A stretch of DNA of 59,478 nt from a virus (lineage: Duplodnaviria; Caudoviricetes), in IMG/VR virus record IMGVR_UViG_3300045935_000034, positions 1-59,478 of that record; one strand, 5' to 3'. The notes below the pieces were generated by a model. It ran no database searches. It saw only the letters and a program-made list of their open reading frames with translations, and had not been told where the DNA came from. The translations under genes and the position numbers were made by a program. This document shows positions 18,871 to 27,290 of this stretch, one piece after another (the stretch's first letter is position 1; each line of letters begins with the position of its first letter).

Positions 18871-18906
18871 CCCGCATCTCACTCGACTCTGCGAAAGGAA
18901 CCCCTT

Positions 18907-20088
18907 ATGCCTGCCCTCGGTACTGTCGCGACGTCGGCGCATCACGCCTGGGCCTATCAGGACCGCATCGACGCTGCCTCTGCCCGCTTCGCGTTCGCCG
19001 GTCTGCTCGCGCCGTCGCCCTCGGGCTCGGCGACCCCGTACCGCTCCGGCGTGTTCGCGTCCGGCGACACGACCAGCGCGAACGGTCCCACCCATACAGG
19101 TCTTCAGGTGCGCCCTGGGACGGGGCTCACGCCGACAGTCGAAGCGGGTCACGCTGTCGTCGACACCCCTGACAATGGGCCGTACATGGCGTCCCTGGGC
19201 GGGCAAGAGCTGCTCGTGCTCGACCCCGCCTCACCCGGCATGAGCCGCATCGACCTCGTGATCGGCCGCATCTATGACGATCAGAACTCCGCACTCGGCT
19301 CGCCGGTCGGCCAGCGAAAATTCACGGTAGAAGTCTGGACCGGTGACGCGTCGTCGGGCACGCCCGTCCGCCCGACCCCGACACCGGCCGCAGGCTGGAT
19401 ACCGCTCGCCGCGATCACCGTCGCGGCGGGTGCGTCGAGCCTCACCGCTGCGAACATCGCTGATCTGCGCGGCCCCGCGCTCGTCGCGCGTGGTGGCGCG
19501 ACGCTGCTATACGGGGCTGACTCGACCCCGGGCAGCGCTGCGCTTGCTGTACGCGGCTCACACCCGGGCGACCGGCGCTGGGTCGGGCGCTCTGACCAGT
19601 TCCACGACCAGGTATACGAGGGCTCCGCGATCGGCTGGCGCGGCGCGGGCAACGTTCACCGGTACTCGCCGAAGGCAGTTCCGACCGATCATCACTTCTA
19701 TGCAGGATGGGGCGCAGAGGCAGACTTCCTGCGCTTCACTGTGCCTGACCCGGGCGTGCCGTATCTGGTCTACCCCAGTGCGCGAGCGGCTATCACCCTG
19801 TCGAATCAATGCGCGGCTGACCTGGTGATCGTGATCGCTCACCCTGTCGCGCAGTCTGTCTCGAACTGGGTGAGGTTCGACACCTACGGCTCGGTGACCG
19901 ACAAGCTGTGCGTCCCCAACGTGGCCCCCATGCACAACGGCCCGTACACCGGAACAGTCGATGTGATCGTGCGTGTCGGGATGCGAGACCAATACAACGA
20001 ACACAACGGGTTTGTTATTAGCCCAGAGAACTTCGGGATTCAACTGTCCATCCTCGTGATGCCAGCGGCCAGCGACGACGGGGACTGA
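18907..20088 (+). CDS. Minor tail protein
   Basis: SRIDLVIGRIYD..GD.S..P.RP..P...IPLA.I.V motif of actinophage minor tail proteins. Confidence 0.8.
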   Translation: MPALGTVATSAHHAWAYQDRIDAASARFAFAGLLAPSPSGSATPYRSGVFASGDTTSANGPTHTGLQVRPGTGLTPTVEAGHAVVDTPDNGPYMASLGGQELLVLDPASPGMSRIDLVIGRIYDDQNSALGSPVGQRKFTVEVWTGDASSGTPVRPTPTPAAGWIPLAAITVAAGASSLTAANIADLRGPALVARGGATLLYGADSTPGSAALAVRGSHPGDRRWVGRSDQFHDQVYEGSAIGWRGAGNVHRYSPKAVPTDHHFYAGWGAEADFLRFTVPDPGVPYLVYPSARAAITLSNQCAADLVIVIAHPVAQSVSNWVRFDTYGSVTDKLCVPNVAPMHNGPYTGTVDVIVRVGMRDQYNEHNGFVISPENFGIQLSILVMPAASDDGD

Positions 20089-20092
20089 CCCA

Positions 20093-21235
20093 GTGCGCGA
20101 GTGGCGAGCGCTGGTCGCCGAGACAGTCAGCGGCAACGTCGTCGCCGATGTGGTGATGTCGGCATACCCTCAGTTCTCACGCAAGCTCTGCGACAAAGGG
20201 TCATGGGCAATAGATCTGGTTGTCGACGACAAGGCCAACCGCGGAATCGACTTCCACGCGTTCACCGAACCCGCGCGGTACTCGTGGATCGTCGCCTACA
20301 ACGACATGGCTGTGCAGGCCGGGCCGGTCTGGACCTATGCGTTCAAGGAAGACTCACGCACGCTCAGCGTGGCGGGCAGCGGGCTCGGCGGCCTGTTCGG
20401 CCGCAGGGTGCTGCGCAACCCTGCCGGTAACGCGGCGACGGTCGCCGACGTGTCGAACGACCTCACGTACACGGGACTCACGCTCGCGAGCATCCTCGTG
20501 GAGTTGGTCAGTGACAACGCTTCCCAGTTCGGTTACGCGTTGCCGCTCGATTGGCCGGCATTGACGCCAGGCAGCGCGCAGCGCACCTTCGCGGGCGCGG
20601 AACTCGCCAACGTGTGGGACCGGCTGACCGAATTGTCGCAAGTCATCAATGGGCCAGAGTTCGAGTTCGCCCCGGTACTCAGCGCGGGGGGATCACGCAT
20701 CCGCTGGCAGCTCGTGACCGGCTCGCCGCTGCTCGGAGACTCGGCCAGCACGAGCGTGTGGGACTATGGCGCAGCGCTGTCAGCGATCGACATCGACGTG
20801 AACGGCTCGGCGTCGCCAGTCACGCGCGTCTGGGCGAAAGGTGCAGGGCAGGACGCCGCGACGCTGACGGGCTTCGCCGAGAACGCCGATTTGATTGGCG
20901 TCGGCTATCCCGGGCTCGACTACGTCGACAGCGCCCACACCAGCGACACCAACCCCGACGACCTGACCGGGTACGCCCAGGCTGACGCGGCTGACTTCCG
21001 CACACCCGACGAAAAGTGGGCGTGCACGGTCCGTATCGATGGCCTGATCAACAGCGACGGCGTCGAGATATCACCCGGGTTCGGGTCCTGGTCGCTCGGC
21101 GACGCGCCGTTGTTCGGGCTGTCCGGTCACCCGTGGATAGCGGACGGGCTCTATCGCCGCCGGATTCTTGGCTACACACAAGCGGACCCGTCGACGCTGG
21201 CGCTCGTCATCGGCTCGACACCCATGGTGGTCTGA
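20093..21235 (+). CDS. Minor tail/baseplate hub protein
   Basis: AGPVW, LTELSQVINGPEF, LGD..RILG; synteny. Confidence 0.8.
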   Translation: MREWRALVAETVSGNVVADVVMSAYPQFSRKLCDKGSWAIDLVVDDKANRGIDFHAFTEPARYSWIVAYNDMAVQAGPVWTYAFKEDSRTLSVAGSGLGGLFGRRVLRNPAGNAATVADVSNDLTYTGLTLASILVELVSDNASQFGYALPLDWPALTPGSAQRTFAGAELANVWDRLTELSQVINGPEFEFAPVLSAGGSRIRWQLVTGSPLLGDSASTSVWDYGAALSAIDIDVNGSASPVTRVWAKGAGQDAATLTGFAENADLIGVGYPGLDYVDSAHTSDTNPDDLTGYAQADAADFRTPDEKWACTVRIDGLINSDGVEISPGFGSWSLGDAPLFGLSGHPWIADGLYRRRILGYTQADPSTLALVIGSTPMVV

Positions 21236-21253
21236 CAGAAACCCAGGTGCCCT

Positions 21254-21778
21254 ATGCCCATGCCTCCAGGGTCGGCGACTCCCGAGGAACAGTTCCGGTT
21301 GATTGACAAGAGGTTCGACGACCTCAGTCGGCGACGCGCAGTGCTGCCCACCGTGCAAGTGCAGCTCACGGGTGCTGTGTCATTGTTCCCCGGCGACACG
21401 CTCGCCGGGCCGAACTGGGCCGCAGCCGACGACGCGATGAACATGTTCACCGCCGCAAATCCTTGCTACATAACGGTTTCTGTGCGCGGGTGGTACGCGG
21501 TCTTTTTTCACGCGGCCATGGCCGGCACGCCCGGTGACGAAGTCGCGGTCAAAGTCACCCGCAACATGGTCAGCGTGGGCGGAGCAATCGCTACCGATGC
21601 CACGACGATCACGCCCGGCGGCGACGGCGGCGTTTGCTCAGCCAACCGTCCCCGTATCTACCTGAATGCGGGCGACGTTCTGTACTGGTCGATGTACGGG
21701 GCCTCACCTTGCACTCTTCGGCCGTCTGGTTTCAGCGTCCCCACCGAGGTAACACTCCGCTACATTGGTGGTACGTAA
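21254..21778 (+). CDS. Minor tail protein (short coil plus beta-sandwich)
   Basis: RGWY..YLNAGD; synteny. Confidence 0.7.
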   Translation: MPMPPGSATPEEQFRLIDKRFDDLSRRRAVLPTVQVQLTGAVSLFPGDTLAGPNWAAADDAMNMFTAANPCYITVSVRGWYAVFFHAAMAGTPGDEVAVKVTRNMVSVGGAIATDATTITPGGDGGVCSANRPRIYLNAGDVLYWSMYGASPCTLRPSGFSVPTEVTLRYIGGT

Positions 21779-21781
21779 GAC

Positions 21782-22147
21782 ATGCTGTCCGTGATTCTCG
21801 CGCAGGCCGCGCCGTTTGACCCGACCACATTCGTCAACTTCGGCGTGCTCGGCCTCGTGGTCTTGTCCTTGATCACCGGATGGCTATGGACAAAGCCCAG
21901 CGTGGACCGGCTTGTCGCAGAGAAAGAACGCGCCCTCGCCGACCGCGACAAGGCCGACGCTCAGCGCGATGCAATGGCGTTGGTACTCCAGGAGAAGCTA
22001 CTGCCGGTGGTGGGCGATTTCATCAACACCACCCGCGCGCTTCTCCCTGTGCTGCAAGAGATTCAGCAACTTCAGAAAGTTCTACCCCTGATTCACGAAC
22101 TGATCAAAGCAGGTGAAGCAAATGGGCCGCCGTCAAGGAAGTTCTGA
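21782..22147 (+). CDS. Membrane protein (lysis region)
   Basis: TM helix followed by a coiled coil. Confidence 0.75.
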   Translation: MLSVILAQAAPFDPTTFVNFGVLGLVVLSLITGWLWTKPSVDRLVAEKERALADRDKADAQRDAMALVLQEKLLPVVGDFINTTRALLPVLQEIQQLQKVLPLIHELIKAGEANGPPSRKF

Positions 22148-22148
22148 C

Positions 22149-22304
22149 GTGCCAACGAGTAACCCTTTCCCTCACCCTCACACGCCCACAGTCGACGAGG
22201 TTGACGCGCTGACCGAGCGAGCTTCGGCTCTGCTCGACGAACTACGCACGGTACTCAGCGAGATATCGGAGACGTTGCCACAGCACAGGATCGAGGCGGT
22301 ATGA
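22149..22304 (+). CDS. Small hypothetical protein
   Basis: AAGGA RBS, GTG start; tightly packed. Confidence 0.5.
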   Translation: MPTSNPFPHPHTPTVDEVDALTERASALLDELRTVLSEISETLPQHRIEAV

Positions 22305-22471
22305 GCTTCCTACAGCGATGGTTCGGGAAACGTGCACCGCCTGCATCATCGACCCCTGAGCGCCCCGCGAACCTCGATCATCTCACTGCTAAGGCTGACG
22401 CCATCTTGGCTGAGCTGGACGACATCGTGAAGCGCCTAAACGCCAAGATGGCAGAAGGAGCACCGAAATGA
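22301..22471 (+). CDS. Small hypothetical protein (MSFLQRWFG...)
   Basis: ATGA overlaps at both ends; GAGG RBS; below ORF-track cutoff. Confidence 0.6.
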   Translation: MSFLQRWFGKRAPPASSTPERPANLDHLTAKADAILAELDDIVKRLNAKMAEGAPK

Positions 22472-22908
22472 CCGACAAGGACGGACGCCCGCACTCGGTC
22501 ACGATCACCGCAGCCGAAGACTTGACCGCAGCTATGGACCGTCTCGGGATTGACATTCACGGGCTCGACCGCGCGGGAAAGCGGAATCGCCGCCTGATCT
22601 TCGCCGTCGCTGCGTCGGTGGTGCTCGACGTCGCACTGACTGTGGTTCTGGGCTTTACGGCTATCAAGGCCAACGACGCGGCTGTGTCTGCCGCATCTGC
22701 GACCGCGAGCAACGTTGTGAATGAGCAAGCGACGCGAATCGCTTGTGTAGCAACAAATGAGGCTCGCGCAGCTTCTGTCCAGCTATGGAAGGCGGTAGTC
22801 GACGCGATGGCTAAAGCGGACCCGTCGCCCGGCAACGATAAAGTCATTGCCGAACTTCGCGCCTACATCACTGTGGGATTCGCGCCCCGCGATTGCGGCA
22901 CGCCCTAG
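22468..22908 (+). CDS. Membrane protein
   Basis: TM helix; C..NEAR...RDC pattern. Confidence 0.75.
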   Translation: MTDKDGRPHSVTITAAEDLTAAMDRLGIDIHGLDRAGKRNRRLIFAVAASVVLDVALTVVLGFTAIKANDAAVSAASATASNVVNEQATRIACVATNEARAASVQLWKAVVDAMAKADPSPGNDKVIAELRAYITVGFAPRDCGTP

Positions 22909-22928
22909 TCAGTACGGAGGAGTGAGCT

Positions 22929-23918
22929 ATGCCGGTTCTTATTGACCTGTACCAGAAGTACAACGCTATTGCGGACTGGCCGGCATTGAGCCGGGCCGTC
23001 TCGGGCGCATACGTCAAGTTCTCCGATGGCACGTGCGCTGCTGCTGTACACGCCGACGACTATGTGAAGTCGTGTCACGACAACGGAATCCCGTTCGGCG
23101 GCTACCACTTCGCCGAGCCCGGCGACCCCATCGCACAGGCCGACTGTTTCGTGGCCCTGTACAAGAAGTTCCGGCCACTGCTCGCACCCGCGCTCGACCT
23201 CGAAACCGGTGAGATCCCTCTCGGTCAGAGAAAAGCTTTCGCTCGTGCGTTTCTTGAACGCGTGCACCAGACCTACGGCACGGTCGTGCTCTACGCCAAC
23301 AGCTCGTGGCTGTGCACTCTGAATCCCGACGCGTGGCCGTATCCGTGGGACCTCACGTGGTGCGCCGAGTACGGCACGAACAGAGGTCTGCGTAATGCAG
23401 TGCGTCAGTACCCGGGCCGTGTCGACCTGCACCAGTACACGAGCCGGGGCCACATCGGCGGGGCTGTGAGCCTTGTCGACCTGTCGTGGACAGACAACCT
23501 CGCGCCGTTTCTTCTCCAGCCCAGCCACACAAGCCGAGTCGCTCCGGCCGCCGCTCGCTCGACGAAAGAGGATGACGTGTCTGTGAACTCGCACGACTAC
23601 CAGCCGACCGGTGCCGCTGACGCTGACGGCGCGGTGCCAGAGCGTTGTCACACATTCGTTGTGCCCGTGGGTTCTGCGTCTGCCATCACTGGCCGCGCGT
23701 GGCTGTCGTTCAAATGCGCGGTCGGCGCGGCGAAGTCTGTGCGCTTGATGGCGATTGGCAGCAACCCCGTGCATTACCTCGTTGACCGCACGTTCTCCCC
23801 GGTCAGCGCGGATGCGAGTCGACCGTGGATCGAAGCGCCGGATGGTGCAGATCAGTTCACGGCGTTCGTGCGATCCGAATACCCGTACTCGCTCTGCATT
23901 GAGGTGGACTCGAAATGA
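22929..23918 (+). CDS. Endolysin, GH25 muramidase
   Basis: IDLY, YVKFSDG, GGYHFA, ALDLE, HQYTSRG, VDLS. Confidence 0.92.
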   Translation: MPVLIDLYQKYNAIADWPALSRAVSGAYVKFSDGTCAAAVHADDYVKSCHDNGIPFGGYHFAEPGDPIAQADCFVALYKKFRPLLAPALDLETGEIPLGQRKAFARAFLERVHQTYGTVVLYANSSWLCTLNPDAWPYPWDLTWCAEYGTNRGLRNAVRQYPGRVDLHQYTSRGHIGGAVSLVDLSWTDNLAPFLLQPSHTSRVAPAAARSTKEDDVSVNSHDYQPTGAADADGAVPERCHTFVVPVGSASAITGRAWLSFKCAVGAAKSVRLMAIGSNPVHYLVDRTFSPVSADASRPWIEAPDGADQFTAFVRSEYPYSLCIEVDSK

Positions 23919-24265
23919 CTCACGCGAAGGCCGCAGTCGCCGTTATCGGAACCGTGATTTCCGTTGTCGTCGCATCGTTCTCGGGTGACAACACGATCTC
24001 CCCGCAAGAGTGGATCAACGTCGCCATCTCTGCTGCGACTGCGCTCGCCGTCTACACAGCGCCGAACGTTCCCGGCGCGCACGTGACCAAGTTCCTGCTC
24101 GCGATTCTCATGGCCATGCTGACGCTCGCCGTGACTCTGATCGCTGGGGGCGTGACGACTGCCGAATGGCTGCAAATCGCCATGGCCGGACTCGCCGCTG
24201 TCGGCGTTTACGCCATGAGCAACAGCGACGACGTGCCAGCTACGCCGCCACCCGTGGGCGTGTAG
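23915..24265 (+). CDS. Holin
   Basis: Multi-TM with duplicated T..EW..IA..A..VY..PN; adjacent to the lysin. Confidence 0.85.
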   Translation: MTHAKAAVAVIGTVISVVVASFSGDNTISPQEWINVAISAATALAVYTAPNVPGAHVTKFLLAILMAMLTLAVTLIAGGVTTAEWLQIAMAGLAAVGVYAMSNSDDVPATPPPVGV

Positions 24266-24268
24266 CCG

Positions 24269-24613
24269 GTGGCCGCCGTCGACCACGACCTGTATATCGA
24301 GCAGGGCGCGACATTTACCGTCACATTCGAGTGGCGTGAAGACAGTGCGACGGGGCCGCTGATCGATACGGCGGGCTACTCGCCACGCATGCAAATCCGC
24401 CAGCGCCCAGGCTCGTCCGTGCTGCTCACCGTGGACTCCAGCATCACCGCGGTGGGCGGCATCATCGCTCTGCGCATCGGCGCTGACATCACCGCGACGC
24501 TGACCCACAGCGGCGTGTATGACATCGAACTGCACAGCGTCAGCGACTCGACCGAAGTCGTGCGTCTCGCACAGGGCGCTGTGACCCTCTCGCGTGAGGT
24601 GACAACGTCATGA
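24269..24613 (+). CDS. Tail fibre-associated (BppU-like) protein
   Basis: [31 protein letters not shown]. Confidence 0.75.
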   Translation: MAAVDHDLYIEQGATFTVTFEWREDSATGPLIDTAGYSPRMQIRQRPGSSVLLTVDSSITAVGGIIALRIGADITATLTHSGVYDIELHSVSDSTEVVRLAQGAVTLSREVTTS

Positions 24614-25668
24614 CAGACACAGTCGTCGTCGTGCGCGAGCCGATCTCTGTCGTCGCCGTCGCGAGCCCCGGGCGGGGCCCTGCGGGCGTTGGTGGCCCAG
24701 CCGGACCCACCGGGCCCACCGGGGCGGCGTCGACCGTTCCCGGCCCGCCGGGAGCGGAGGGCGCTACTGGTCCCGCCGGTCCCGCAGGAGCCGCCGGAGC
24801 TGCGTCGAGCGTGCCCGGCCCAGTGGGGCCCGTCGGCCCCCCTGGAGCCGACTCGTTGATACCAGGCCCCATCGGTCCCATAGGGCCCGCTGGGGCCGAT
24901 TCAGTCGTGCCCGGTCCCGCTGGGCTTCCCGGCGCTGACTCAACTGTCCCTGGCCCCATAGGGCCTGCGGGCCCAGCAGGAGCCGACTCGACTGTCCCCG
25001 GTCCCGTGGGGCCAACCGGCGCGACCGGCGCAGCGTCCACAGTGCCCGGCCCTATAGGGCCGACCGGCGCGACCGGCGCGACCGGCGCAGCGTCGACCGT
25101 GCCGGGTCCCGTGGGTCCTGCCGGACCGACAGGACCCGCAGGGCCGACAGGTATGACAGGTGCTACCGGGGCAGCGTCCACCGTCGCGGGCCCCACCGGC
25201 CCGACCGGCGCGCCATCGACCGTTCCGGGCCCGATAGGGCCAGTAGGTCCCGCTGGGCCTACAGGGCCGACCGGCGCGACAGGTGCAACAGGTGCCACCG
25301 GTGCCACCGGTGCGGCGTCGACTGTGGCAGGCCCCACCGGCCCGACCGGCGCGGCGTCCACTGTCCCCGGACCAGTGGGGCCCGCAGGCCCAGCCGGACC
25401 GACAGGCCCCGCTGGGGCCGACTCCACCGTACCGGGCCCCACCGGCCCGACCGGGGCGGCTTCGACCGTGCCCGGACCGGCAGGCCCCACAGGCCCGACC
25501 GGGGCGGCATCGACTGTGCCCGGACCGGCAGGGCCCACGGGGCCGACTGGCGCGACCGGCGCGACTGGCGCGGCATCGACGGTTCCCGGGCCTACGGGGC
25601 TTACGGGCGCAACAGGTCCAGCCGGACCGAGCACGTACTTGCTGAGCGCGAAATGGGGGATTGACTGA
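24610..25668 (+). CDS. Collagen-like tail fibre protein
   Basis: ~310 aa of Gly-X-Y with AASTVP/ADSTVP interruptions. Confidence 0.9.
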   Translation: MTDTVVVVREPISVVAVASPGRGPAGVGGPAGPTGPTGAASTVPGPPGAEGATGPAGPAGAAGAASSVPGPVGPVGPPGADSLIPGPIGPIGPAGADSVVPGPAGLPGADSTVPGPIGPAGPAGADSTVPGPVGPTGATGAASTVPGPIGPTGATGATGAASTVPGPVGPAGPTGPAGPTGMTGATGAASTVAGPTGPTGAPSTVPGPIGPVGPAGPTGPTGATGATGATGATGAASTVAGPTGPTGAASTVPGPVGPAGPAGPTGPAGADSTVPGPTGPTGAASTVPGPAGPTGPTGAASTVPGPAGPTGPTGATGATGAASTVPGPTGLTGATGPAGPSTYLLSAKWGID

Positions 25669-25669
25669 G

Positions 25670-25990
25670 ATGGCAGACGTAGCGAAGCGGTTGTGCGGCC
25701 CGGTATTGCTCACCGGCACCGTAGTCACCTACTACACGGTTCCCGCCGCCACGACGACCATTATTCGCAGCATTCACGTGAACAACGGCGGCGGCACGGC
25801 AAACACTCTCACGCTCGGAATCGGCGGGGTGACCATTGCCCTGTCGCTGTTCTATCAGTTTCCGTTGGGGGGCAACGGAGCCGTTGACTGGTCAGGTTTC
25901 CTGGTGATGAGCGCGGGCGAAACGCTGCAGGTTCTGGCGAACAACGTCAACGTGCTCTCGCTGACAGTAAGCGGGGTCGAGACCTCGTGA
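25670..25990 (+). CDS. Hypothetical virion protein
   Basis: [25 protein letters not shown] beta-rich pattern. Confidence 0.72.
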   Translation: MADVAKRLCGPVLLTGTVVTYYTVPAATTTIIRSIHVNNGGGTANTLTLGIGGVTIALSLFYQFPLGGNGAVDWSGFLVMSAGETLQVLANNVNVLSLTVSGVETS

Positions 25991-26844
25991 CCATCATTCT
26001 GCGCGGTACGGACGCGGTGAACTCGGGCAAAGCCGCCGGGGCCTTGTCTCATGCGGAGGGCACGGGGCAGACCACTACCGGCGGGGCGCAGGCGCACGCC
26101 GAAGGGTCGGGCTCATCGGCGGGTGCGCAGGGGGCCCACGCGGAAGGCAGCTCCACCGCTACAGCATCCAACGCTCACGCTGAGGGGAGCGCCACGCAGG
26201 CCACCGGAAGCGGGGCACATTCGGAGGGCTCCGGCTCTGTCGCATCGGGAAACAACTCGCACGCCGAGGGAAGCTCGACCACCGCGTCGGGTTCCAGCGC
26301 GCACAGTGAAGGCGCGAACACCACCGCGTCGGGCACGAACTCCCACGCCGAGGGCGCGGGCGCCGTCGCGTCGCGGGTGGCGCAGCACGCGAAAGCCAGC
26401 AGCTTTTTCAACAGCTCCGGGGATACCCAGTACAGCAACTACGTCGCGATGTGCTTTACCACCGACGCGACTCCCACGCCGCTACTGAGTGGCAACAGTG
26501 GCCTAGTCAACACAAGCGGCACCAATACCAACGTGCTCACCCTCACTGTGAGTCGCGCCATGTACTTCCGCTTCGAATGCCTGGCCCGGCGGTACGACAC
26601 CATCGGCGAGTCGTCCGCGTGGACCATTGTCGGCGCGCTGGTTCGCGATGTGTCGGGCGTTCCCCGCTTCCTTGGCGCGCCAACGACAACCGTCTACGCC
26701 GACGCGGGCGCGGCGGCATGGACGCTGGTGCCCTCGATCGTGACCCTCGCCGGGCCGGTCTATTACCTCGCACTGACCGGAACCGGTGAGGCCGCGAAAT
26801 CGATCCGGTGGGCGGCAACCCTGCACACCACCGAATGCGGCTAG
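25987..26844 (+). CDS. Adhesin-like protein with 14-aa (S/A)HAEG beta-roll repeats
   Basis: About eight HAEG/HSEG repeats resembling YadA-type heads. Confidence 0.8.
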   Translation: MTIILRGTDAVNSGKAAGALSHAEGTGQTTTGGAQAHAEGSGSSAGAQGAHAEGSSTATASNAHAEGSATQATGSGAHSEGSGSVASGNNSHAEGSSTTASGSSAHSEGANTTASGTNSHAEGAGAVASRVAQHAKASSFFNSSGDTQYSNYVAMCFTTDATPTPLLSGNSGLVNTSGTNTNVLTLTVSRAMYFRFECLARRYDTIGESSAWTIVGALVRDVSGVPRFLGAPTTTVYADAGAAAWTLVPSIVTLAGPVYYLALTGTGEAAKSIRWAATLHTTECG

Positions 26845-26874
26845 ACCCTCATACACAGTAAGGAAACAGTCGTC

Positions 26875-27192
26875 ATGGCTACGCTTCTCGACGCCGGAAA
26901 CTTCGCGCTGGATGCCAACGTCCGCCTACCGATGACCGCAGGTATCACGCAGGCGGCGGTGGCCATCATGAACGAAGACCCGGTCACGGTGCACCACGTG
27001 CCCCGGTGCTTGCTGGCCACGCAGGTGCTCCGCAACCCGATGTCGATGTGCGATTCCTTCGCCTGGGCCATATCCACCAACCCCACAGTGGTGGACAAGT
27101 GGACGGCGGCCGACTTCGCCGGGGCGATCGGGGATTTCCCCTACGTCATCTCGTCGGTCTGGGATGCGGTAGCCGGGGCAGCTACAGCGTAA
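26875..27192 (+). CDS. Hypothetical protein
   Basis: AAGGA RBS; ends VISSVWDAVAG. Confidence 0.7.
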   Translation: MATLLDAGNFALDANVRLPMTAGITQAAVAIMNEDPVTVHHVPRCLLATQVLRNPMSMCDSFAWAISTNPTVVDKWTAADFAGAIGDFPYVISSVWDAVAGAATA

Positions 27193-27290
27193 ACAAAGCC
27201 CGCCCGGGGGCGCGGTCTGGCCGGCATAGAAGCGGCTCGTGAAATTTCCGCGCACCCCAACGTATCCCGACCCTGAGATAGGAGATCGTC

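Noticed and set aside
24540-25634. Long antisense ORF and apparent repeat array
   Set aside because: Shadow of the collagen Gly-X-Y coding repeats; no constant repeat/unique spacer pattern, so not CRISPR.
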